Shown: positions 56,717-64,000 of the stretch, in pieces
How positions within the stretch are numbered: the first letter of the stretch is position 1
How the letters are laid out: each line of letters opens with the position of its first letter
Source of the DNA: an uncultured Mageeibacillus sp.
Lineage (GTDB): Bacteria; Bacillota; Clostridia; Saccharofermentanales; DTU023
NCBI GenBank assembly: GCA_964346175.1
Contig: CAYFTG010000006.1
Span: 753 to 64,752, forward strand
Length of the DNA stretch: 64,000 nucleotides
Direction of reading: 5' to 3'
The notes under the pieces: model-generated
What the model was told of the DNA's origin: nothing
Databases searched by the model: none
What the model saw: only the letters and a program-made list of their open reading frames with translations
Program-made: the position numbers and the translations under genes

Positions 56717-57739
56717 TTGAAAGCGATAACACAAGGCAGTTATAGAAAAATACTTTTAATCTTGACAATATCTCTTGTCGCCCTTTTTCTGATTTCTCTC
56801 GTGCTGGGGAGATATCCACTGGGATTATCAGAAATAGGGCGCTTGATTTTGAGCCGCTTTACGGATGTAGAGGTCACCTGGACTGATTCTTCAGAGGCGA
56901 TCTTCTTCAACGTGCGTCTGCCGCGCATCTGCTTGGCCGTACTGGTCGGTGCGGCTCTATCAGTAGCAGGAGCCTGCTACCAAGGTATGTTCCGTAACCC
57001 CTTGGTCAGCTCAGACATTGTCGGGGCCTCTTCCGGTGCTGCTTTTGGAGCGGCTTTGGGAATACTTCTAGGTGCCAGTGGAGCTTGGATATCGGCTTCT
57101 GCCTTCGTCTTCAGCGCACTGTCGGTAGCTCTTGTCTACATGATCAGTAAGCTGCTCCGCCAAAATCAAATTCTAGGCTTGGTGCTGGCAGGGATCATGG
57201 TCGGCTCGGTCTTTAATGCAGGTACCAGTTTTCTGAAAATAATAGCCGATCCCAATGACCAATTACCGCAGATTACTTTCTGGCTCCTTGGTTCTTTGAA
57301 CGGGAAGTCGATGACGGATTTGCTTTATGCAGCAATACTTATTGTCGCCGGCTTGCTGCCTTTATTGGGTTTGCGTTGGCGACTCAATCTACTGACCATG
57401 GATGAACGGGAAGCCCAATCTATGGGTGTGTCGGTTAAGCCAATGCGTTTAATTGTCATCGTCTGCGCGACCTTGCTAACAGCTACAAGCATCGCAGTCT
57501 CAGGTATGATCGGTTGGATTTCCTTGGTCATACCTCATTTTTCGCGTCTCCTGGTGGGCAGCAACTATAGGCGTCTCTTGCCGACATCGCTCTTGATGGG
57601 CTCTTGTTTTTTGCTCATTGTTGATAATATATCGCGCTTGGCCTATACAGCGGAAATACCTCTGGGGATACTGACTTCACTAGTCGGAGCACCCTTTTAT
57701 CTTTACTTGCTTCTCAGCCGCAGAAGCCGTTTGCAGTAG
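56717..57739 (+). CDS. FecCD-family ABC transporter permease
   Basis: 340-aa polytopic protein. RLPRICLAVLVGAALSVAG, GASSGAAFGA and GIIGWIGLVIPH-like (GMIGWISLVIPHFSR) motifs. The TTG start is tentative. Confidence 0.85.
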   Translation: MKAITQGSYRKILLILTISLVALFLISLVLGRYPLGLSEIGRLILSRFTDVEVTWTDSSEAIFFNVRLPRICLAVLVGAALSVAGACYQGMFRNPLVSSDIVGASSGAAFGAALGILLGASGAWISASAFVFSALSVALVYMISKLLRQNQILGLVLAGIMVGSVFNAGTSFLKIIADPNDQLPQITFWLLGSLNGKSMTDLLYAAILIVAGLLPLLGLRWRLNLLTMDEREAQSMGVSVKPMRLIVIVCATLLTATSIAVSGMIGWISLVIPHFSRLLVGSNYRRLLPTSLLMGSCFLLIVDNISRLAYTAEIPLGILTSLVGAPFYLYLLLSRRSRLQ

Positions 57740-57746
57740 GAGATCT

Positions 57747-58532
57747 ATGAGCTTAGTAGTAAAAAATCTACACTTTTCCTACGGTGATCACCAGGTCTTA
57801 AACGGTGTTTCTTTTTCTCTGCAAAAAGGCAGCCTGGTCAGCCTCCTTGGAGCCAACGGATCAGGAAAAAGTACTTTATTCTCCTGCATTCTGCAGTTCC
57901 TAACCTCCTATGAGGGTAGTATTGAGCTTGCAGGTGTGGATGTAGCGGCCTTAAGCACTAAGGAAAGAGCAGAGAAGATTGCTTATATCCCGCAGTCGCA
58001 TATTCCTGTGTTTAACTTCAGCTGTTTAGAGGTAGTGCTGATGGCGACTCAAACCAACGGATCTTTTTTTCACTTGCCGGGTGAAGAGGATGAAGAAGTG
58101 GCCCGTGCGGCGCTGAAACGTGTCGGACTGAATGGTTTTGAAGACCGTGGCTATTCACGGATTTCGGGCGGGGAGAGGCAGCTGGTTTTAATCGCGCGTG
58201 CCCTAACGCAAGGTTCGAGATTTCTCATTATGGACGAGCCGACTTCCAGTTTGGACTACGGTAATCAGATGCGTATTCTGTCGATGATTCGTGAACTGGC
58301 CAACGAGGGCTATACTATCTTCTTATCTACGCACCACCCGGATCAGGCCCTACTCTTTGCGGATGAGGTTATTCTTCTACATGATGGCAAGATAATGTCG
58401 CAAGGCAAAGCGATGGAGGTCCTGAACTCAGAGAATCTTTCCACAATTTATTCTTTGGAAATAGATTTAGTACCTCTGGCCGACGGCAATGTGTCTACTT
58501 GTATACCGAAAGAAGTATTAAGAGGACGTTAA
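57747..58532 (+). CDS. ABC transporter ATP-binding protein (FepC/FecE-like)
   Basis: 261 aa. Walker A GANGSGKST, signature ISGGERQ and Walker B LIMDEPTSSLD. Confidence 0.9.
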   Translation: MSLVVKNLHFSYGDHQVLNGVSFSLQKGSLVSLLGANGSGKSTLFSCILQFLTSYEGSIELAGVDVAALSTKERAEKIAYIPQSHIPVFNFSCLEVVLMATQTNGSFFHLPGEEDEEVARAALKRVGLNGFEDRGYSRISGGERQLVLIARALTQGSRFLIMDEPTSSLDYGNQMRILSMIRELANEGYTIFLSTHHPDQALLFADEVILLHDGKIMSQGKAMEVLNSENLSTIYSLEIDLVPLADGNVSTCIPKEVLRGR

Positions 58533-58596
58533 TATTTGTCACCTTTTATTCTAAGTAGTTACGCAATTTTTCATACTGCTGTGCTAAACTCAAACC

Positions 58597-61506
58597 ATGA
58601 ATTCTGATCTAACAATACGCGGAGCGCGTGAACATAATTTAAAGGACGTCTCCCTGACTTTACCTCGCAATCAACTGATCGTTTTTACTGGAATTTCAGG
58701 TTCCGGAAAGTCTTCACTGGCTTTTGATACGATCTATGCTGAAGGTCAGAGGCGTTACGTGGAGTCGCTGTCATCTTATGCTAGACAGTTTCTCGGTCAA
58801 TCAAAGAAACCGGACGTTGACAGCATCGACGGCCTTTCACCGGCTATTGCCATTGACCAGAAGACGACCAGCAAGAACCCCCGTTCAACTGTAGGTACGG
58901 TGACGGAGATTTACGATTACCTGCGCTTGCTTTATGCCAGAGCGGGTACACCGCACTGTCCGCAATGCGGGCGTACGATTGAGCGTCAAACTGTCGATCA
59001 AATTTTAGATATCGTCATGCAAGAAGCGGAGGGCACACGATTAAACATCTTTGCGCCCGTCGTGCGTGATCGCAAAGGCGAGCACAAGAAAGTACTTGAT
59101 TATTTGCGCGGCGAAGGCTTCGTCCGTGTGCGTATCAACGGTGTGACCTATGAGCTGGAAGAAGAGATCAATCTGCAAAGAACCCAGAAACATGTCATAG
59201 AGGTTGTCGTTGATCGTCTGATCTTGCGTGAGGACATTCGCAGCAGATTGGCTGATTCGTTGGAAACTGCTCTCAGGCTTGCGGATGGTCTGGTTATGGT
59301 TCGTTTCGAACAGCGAAGTGATGAGGGTGAGTTGGACTGGCGTGAGCAGCTTTTTTCACAAAATTTTTCCTGTCCGGACTGCCAGATCAGCATCGGTGAT
59401 ATTTCGCCCGGGATGTTCAGTTTTAATAATCCTTACGGTGCCTGTCCTGAATGTACAGGTTTGGGTATACATACGCATATTGATCCCGAGTTGATTCTTG
59501 CAGATCCGAAGCTGTCGCTCGAAGAAGGAGCGATCTCTGCAATAGGTTTTAACTTCAAGGATAATAACAGCTGGGCGCGAGCACACCTCAATGCATTGGC
59601 GGAGAAGTACAAATTTTCACTGAAAACGCCGTGGAAAGATTTACCGCAGAAAATTAAGGATATCGTTATGTTTGGCGGTGACAACACCAAGATTACCGTC
59701 GATACCAGCATGACGCGTTATGACCGTGGCGAGCCTTATCATACTAAATGGAGCGGCGTCGTCTCAGTTTTAGAGCGTCGTTATAAAGATAGCAATTCAG
59801 GTGATATACGAGACTATTATGATCAATATCTAGCTTATACGGAATGTTCAGCGTGCCAGGGCGGTCGTCTCAGGCCGGAAAGTTTGGCTGTGACAGTCGG
59901 GGGTCTGAACATAAAGGGTCTGACCGATTTGTCGGTTAGCGAAGCGCATAGCTTCCTGCAACAGGTGGAGTTCCCTGATCAGGCTAAGGCAGAGATCGCC
60001 GAGCCCGTACTCAGGGAGATTAAAGCGCGCTTGCAATTTATGCTCGATGTCGGCTTGGACTATCTGACTTTGTCACGTGCTTCGGCAAGTCTATCCGGCG
60101 GCGAAGCACAACGTATTCGCTTGGCCACCCAGATCGGGTCCGGTTTGACCGGTGTCCTCTATGTTCTTGACGAACCCTCCATCGGTCTGCACCAGCGCGA
60201 CAACGCCAGGCTCCTACGTACGCTGAAGAACTTGCGTGACTTAGGTAATACTGTCATTGTGGTAGAGCATGACGAAGAAACAATTTGGGAAGCCGATACG
60301 GTTGTAGATATCGGTCCCGGGGCAGGTGAGTACGGTGGCCATATAGTGTCTTGCGGGCGACCGGAAGATATCGCCAAAGATGAAAATTCTATAACCGGGC
60401 AATATCTCTCAGGCAAGAAAACCATAGCTATTCCCTTGGAACGCAGACCTCAGGAGCAGGGTTTTTTGAAAATTTACGGAGCAGCGGAGAACAACCTCAA
60501 AGATATTGACGTCTCAATCCCGCTGGGGAACTTGGTCTGTATAACAGGCGTTTCCGGATCCGGAAAGAGTTCCTTGGCAAACGAGGTTTTGCTGAAAAAG
60601 TTGGAGCACGATTTACAGGGTTCCCGCCGCCGGAGAGGGAAGTTTGACCGCATCGAGGGCATTGAGCAGTTGGATAAAGTAATTTCCATCGATCAGTCTC
60701 CTATTGGGCGTACACCGCGCTCAAACCCTGCTACTTACACGGGCACCTTCGACATGGTGAGAAAACTTTTTGCCGAGACGCCTGAGGCTAAGGCGCGTGG
60801 CTATAAGCCCGGCCGCTTTAGCTTTAATGTCAAAGGCGGTCGCTGTGAGGCCTGTAAAGGTGACGGCGTCAACCGCATTGAGATGCATTTTCTACCTGAC
60901 GTTTATGTGACCTGCGAAGTCTGTGATGGCCTGCGCTATAACCGCGAGACCCTGGAAGTACGTTATAAAGGGAAAAACATTAGCGACGTATTAGACTTAA
61001 CAGTGAAAGAAGGCTTAGAGTTTTTCCAAAACATACCGAGCATAGCGCGAAAGTTACAGACACTGCTTGATGTCGGCTTGGGCTACATCCGGCTGGGACA
61101 GTCGTCGACGCAGTTGTCCGGAGGAGAAGCGCAGCGGATCAAACTAGCAACAGAGTTGTCCAAACGTGATACCGGAAAGACTTTCTATATACTGGATGAA
61201 CCCACCACCGGCCTGCATGCAGCTGACGTGCACAACTTGATCGACGTCTTGCATCGACTTGTCGAGTCCGGCAATACCGTCCTAATTATCGAGCACAACC
61301 TCGATATAATTAAAACAGCTGACTACATTATCGATCTGGGGCCTGAGGGCGGAGAAAATGGTGGCTATTTGGTAGCAGCAGGCACGCCGGAAGAAATCGC
61401 TGAGAACAATGATTCCTATACCGGCCTTTACCTTGCACAAATCTTGAAACGGGTGTATCCTACAGTTTCCCAGGAAAACATCGTAACAAACGTGGTCAGA
61501 TCTTGA
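58597..61506 (+). CDS. uvrA: excinuclease ABC subunit A
   Basis: 969 aa. [12 protein letters not shown], two ABC modules ([34 protein letters not shown] x2) and zinc-finger cysteines. Confidence 0.95.
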   Translation: MNSDLTIRGAREHNLKDVSLTLPRNQLIVFTGISGSGKSSLAFDTIYAEGQRRYVESLSSYARQFLGQSKKPDVDSIDGLSPAIAIDQKTTSKNPRSTVGTVTEIYDYLRLLYARAGTPHCPQCGRTIERQTVDQILDIVMQEAEGTRLNIFAPVVRDRKGEHKKVLDYLRGEGFVRVRINGVTYELEEEINLQRTQKHVIEVVVDRLILREDIRSRLADSLETALRLADGLVMVRFEQRSDEGELDWREQLFSQNFSCPDCQISIGDISPGMFSFNNPYGACPECTGLGIHTHIDPELILADPKLSLEEGAISAIGFNFKDNNSWARAHLNALAEKYKFSLKTPWKDLPQKIKDIVMFGGDNTKITVDTSMTRYDRGEPYHTKWSGVVSVLERRYKDSNSGDIRDYYDQYLAYTECSACQGGRLRPESLAVTVGGLNIKGLTDLSVSEAHSFLQQVEFPDQAKAEIAEPVLREIKARLQFMLDVGLDYLTLSRASASLSGGEAQRIRLATQIGSGLTGVLYVLDEPSIGLHQRDNARLLRTLKNLRDLGNTVIVVEHDEETIWEADTVVDIGPGAGEYGGHIVSCGRPEDIAKDENSITGQYLSGKKTIAIPLERRPQEQGFLKIYGAAENNLKDIDVSIPLGNLVCITGVSGSGKSSLANEVLLKKLEHDLQGSRRRRGKFDRIEGIEQLDKVISIDQSPIGRTPRSNPATYTGTFDMVRKLFAETPEAKARGYKPGRFSFNVKGGRCEACKGDGVNRIEMHFLPDVYVTCEVCDGLRYNRETLEVRYKGKNISDVLDLTVKEGLEFFQNIPSIARKLQTLLDVGLGYIRLGQSSTQLSGGEAQRIKLATELSKRDTGKTFYILDEPTTGLHAADVHNLIDVLHRLVESGNTVLIIEHNLDIIKTADYIIDLGPEGGENGGYLVAAGTPEEIAENNDSYTGLYLAQILKRVYPTVSQENIVTNVVRS

Positions 61507-61556
61507 GCAAAGAAGCTTGATCACATACTATATATTTAAGGAATAGAACAACGGAT

Positions 61557-64000
61557 ATGCAAATGAGTAAATGTTCAATATGTAAAACCAACGAAGCAGT
61601 TGTTTATGCTAACAAAATGTTCGACGGTGAGAACCGTATTGAAGGAGTCTGCCTGAAATGCGCCTACGAGCAAAATTTCGGAGGCATGGCAGAGTTATTC
61701 GAACGTGTTGGCGTGAATGAAGAAAATGTTGATGAAATAACTTCTCGCATGAATCAGATGATGGAGCAATTTTCCGGTCAGAGGCCGGAAGAAGTTCTTG
61801 GCATGCTGATGAAGGGAGAATTCCCCGGTATTAATGACTCTGAGTGGTCGGATATAGAAGAGGACACTGCTTTAGAAGACAGTGAAGACGAAGAAAATGA
61901 TGCGTCAGAAGTCGAGAGAACGCAACGTAGGGGTGGTTACGCAGACGCTTTGTTGAGAGCTAACTCTTCGTCTGGAGAACTTGTTCCGGCAAATATTGGA
62001 GGTTCTGAGGACAGAGGCTCCAGAAGACACCGTAAACCGCGTCGTAAATTTTTGGAGCAGTTTAGCACGAATCTTTCTGAAAAAGCAGCTAAGGGCGAGA
62101 TTGACCGCATTATAGGGCGTGATGAGGAGCTGAATCATGTGATCCAGATTCTCAACCGCCGCACTAAGAATAACCCGGCCTTGATCGGTGAACCCGGCGT
62201 AGGTAAGACCGCTATTGCAGAAGGCCTAGCTGTCAGGATTCATGAAGGTAGGGTTCCGGCGAAGTTGTTGGATCAGGAAATGTTCTTACTCGATATGACC
62301 GCTATGGTGGCGGGGACCCAGTTCCGTGGTCAATTTGAAAGCCGCATGAAAGGGGTCGTCGATGACTGCCGTCGTTCCGGTAATGTTATTTTGGTCATTG
62401 ACGAGCTACACAATATTATGGGTGCGGGCGATGCTGAAGGCGCAATGAACGCCGGCAATATTCTCAAACCTGCCTTGGCAAAGGGCGAAATCCGCGTTAT
62501 CGGCTCCACGACCTTAGATGAATATCGCCGCCATATTGAGAAAGATTCTGCTCTGGAGCGTCGTTTCCAGAAAGTTATGGTTAATGAACCTAGTAAAGAA
62601 GATACCTTTGATATCCTCATGGGCGTCAAAGACTACTATGAAGAACATCACCATGTTTTCTACCCTGCTCCGGTAGTAAAAGAAGCAGTGCGACTTTCTT
62701 CGCGCTACATCACAGAGCGTTTCCTGCCTGACAAGGCGATCGACCTCTTGGACGAAGCTGGTTCGTGTGCGAACCTAGCCTGTGAATGCCTTGTAGAGAT
62801 CAAACAGCTGGATAATAAAATTGAGAACTTACAATTGGCCCAGGAAGATGTAGAGAGAGCGATTGATGAAGCTGCTCCCACACAGGATCAGGATAAACTC
62901 TATGCCAGGCGTATGGAGATTGAATCCGAATTGAGGCGTCTGAGTGCCGAGCGGGAAGACTTGGCACGAGACTGTCATCCGGTTGAGATTGAAAGTCAGA
63001 ATATCGCTGAAGTTGTTGAGATGTGGACCGGCATTCCGGTTGTACGTATGACCGAAGAGGAAACCACACGACTGATTCATCTTGAAGAAAGATTGCATGA
63101 GCGTGTCGTGGGACAAAACGAAGCGGTCAACGCATTGTCACGAGCTATCAGACGACATAGAGCGGGCTTTAGCCAAGAAAACAAACCGGCCACCTTCCTC
63201 TTCGTCGGACCGACAGGAGTAGGTAAGACTGAACTGGTCAAGGCTTTGGCTGAGGTAATGTTCGATACGGAAGAAGCCTTAGTCAGACTGGATATGTCCG
63301 AATATATGGAAGCTCACACGGTGAGCAAGCTGATCGGATCCCCTCCGGGATATGTTGGCTACGACGATGGCGGACAGCTGACAGAACAAATTCGACGTAA
63401 ACCGTACAGTGTGGTGCTTTTTGATGAGATCGAGAAAGCGCATGCCGATGTTTATAACATCCTGCTTCAAATCATGGATGACGGGCGTCTGACAGACAGT
63501 CACGGTCGCGTCGTGAGCTTCGAAAACAGCATTATTGTTATGACCAGCAACGCCGGCACAACTCTAAAAGGACATACCATAGGTTTTGGTGCTGACGGGC
63601 ATGTCGCGATGGAGGAACGAATTGATGGCGTTTTGAAAGATATTTTCCGCCCTGAATTCTTAAACCGTATAGATGAGACTGTCGTCTTCCATGAATTAAG
63701 TAGTGAAGAAATTAGAGCGATTGTTGATCTGATGTTGAAAGATCCGATTGCCGATATGGCTCGACGCAACATCATATTAGAAGTCACAGAGGACGCTAGA
63801 GATTTGTTGGCGCAAGAAGGATATGAACCTAAGTATGGTGCTAGACCTCTACGTCGCAAGATCCAACGCCGCATTGAAGACATTCTGGCGGACCTGTGGT
63901 TAGCAGGCGATCTCAATTATGCTGAGAAAGTAATAGTGGATAGCGCTGACAATGTCGGTGCGGAACTTGCATCACCCGACATGGGCGGTCCACATTATGA
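61557..64000 (+). CDS. clpE: ATP-dependent Clp protease ATP-binding subunit, ClpE-type (N-terminal zinc ribbon); 3' end beyond the window
   Basis: Not in the ORF track because it has no stop in the window. Hand translation gives [19 protein letters not shown]...GVCLKCAYE (CxxC...CxxC) and an acidic/basic linker. This is followed by AAA+ D1 ([21 protein letters not shown]), a middle coiled coil, and D2 ([24 protein letters not shown]). Confidence 0.85.
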   Translation, partial: MQMSKCSICKTNEAVVYANKMFDGENRIEGVCLKCAYEQNFGGMAELFERVGVNEENVDEITSRMNQMMEQFSGQRPEEVLGMLMKGEFPGINDSEWSDIEEDTALEDSEDEENDASEVERTQRRGGYADALLRANSSSGELVPANIGGSEDRGSRRHRKPRRKFLEQFSTNLSEKAAKGEIDRIIGRDEELNHVIQILNRRTKNNPALIGEPGVGKTAIAEGLAVRIHEGRVPAKLLDQEMFLLDMTAMVAGTQFRGQFESRMKGVVDDCRRSGNVILVIDELHNIMGAGDAEGAMNAGNILKPALAKGEIRVIGSTTLDEYRRHIEKDSALERRFQKVMVNEPSKEDTFDILMGVKDYYEEHHHVFYPAPVVKEAVRLSSRYITERFLPDKAIDLLDEAGSCANLACECLVEIKQLDNKIENLQLAQEDVERAIDEAAPTQDQDKLYARRMEIESELRRLSAEREDLARDCHPVEIESQNIAEVVEMWTGIPVVRMTEEETTRLIHLEERLHERVVGQNEAVNALSRAIRRHRAGFSQENKPATFLFVGPTGVGKTELVKALAEVMFDTEEALVRLDMSEYMEAHTVSKLIGSPPGYVGYDDGGQLTEQIRRKPYSVVLFDEIEKAHADVYNILLQIMDDGRLTDSHGRVVSFENSIIVMTSNAGTTLKGHTIGFGADGHVAMEERIDGVLKDIFRPEFLNRIDETVVFHELSSEEIRAIVDLMLKDPIADMARRNIILEVTEDARDLLAQEGYEPKYGARPLRRKIQRRIEDILADLWLAGDLNYAEKVIVDSADNVGAELASPDMGGPHY

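Noticed and set aside
61507-61556. CtsR operator upstream of clpE.
   Set aside because: No GGTCAAA-type direct repeat is present in the short intergenic region.
1-64000. Search for CRISPR arrays, IS elements or transposases, integrases at the tRNA genes, prophage or defence-island genes, and toxin-antitoxin pairs.
   Set aside because: I found no spaced direct repeats and no transposase, integrase or recombinase-like ORFs. There is no duplicated tRNA 3' end, and no small overlapping gene pairs outside the features already listed. The window appears to be core chromosome.

Overview
This window looks like a 64-kb stretch of core chromosome from a mid-GC Firmicutes/Clostridia-type bacterium. It is densely packed with housekeeping genes: ispF, dinB, rpsU, recJ-rel, rnj, rpsT, ruvCAB-queH, rqcH, engB, comEC-holA, radC-mreCD-PBP2, secA-tkt, tdh-kbl, a perR oxidative-stress operon, infC-rpmI-rplT behind an L20-type attenuator, an iron-chelate/cobalamin-type ABC importer, uvrA, and a 3'-truncated clpE. 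Three solitary tRNA genes are present (Thr-CGT, Lys-CTT, Glu-CTC), each with its own promoter and terminator. I found no transposase, integrase, CRISPR array, prophage or recognisable defence island, so there is no clear-cut novel system here. The most system-like unexplained locus is a tight three-gene module at 30.9-33.6 kb. It encodes TadE/DUF5702-like pseudopilin-type proteins, yet no pilus machinery lies anywhere in the window. Its last protein appears to carry a C-terminal nuclease-fold toxin-like domain whose metal-binding Asp seems to be replaced. Other points worth a second look:
- three apparent pseudo-enzymes: a YhaN/SbcC-like protein with degenerate Walker motifs, a methylglyoxal-synthase-like protein lacking all catalytic residues, and one of two tandem long-form PRPP-synthetase paralogs with a degenerate ribose-5-P loop;
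- an SOS-type dinB cassette with a coupled 79-aa ORF;
- a ferredoxin-rubrerythrin fusion;
- a probable frameshifted gene;
- two genes with non-ATG starts that the ORF track misses or truncates (rpsU TTG, infC ATT).
All functional calls rest on motif recognition by eye and on recalled reference sequences; no database search was run.
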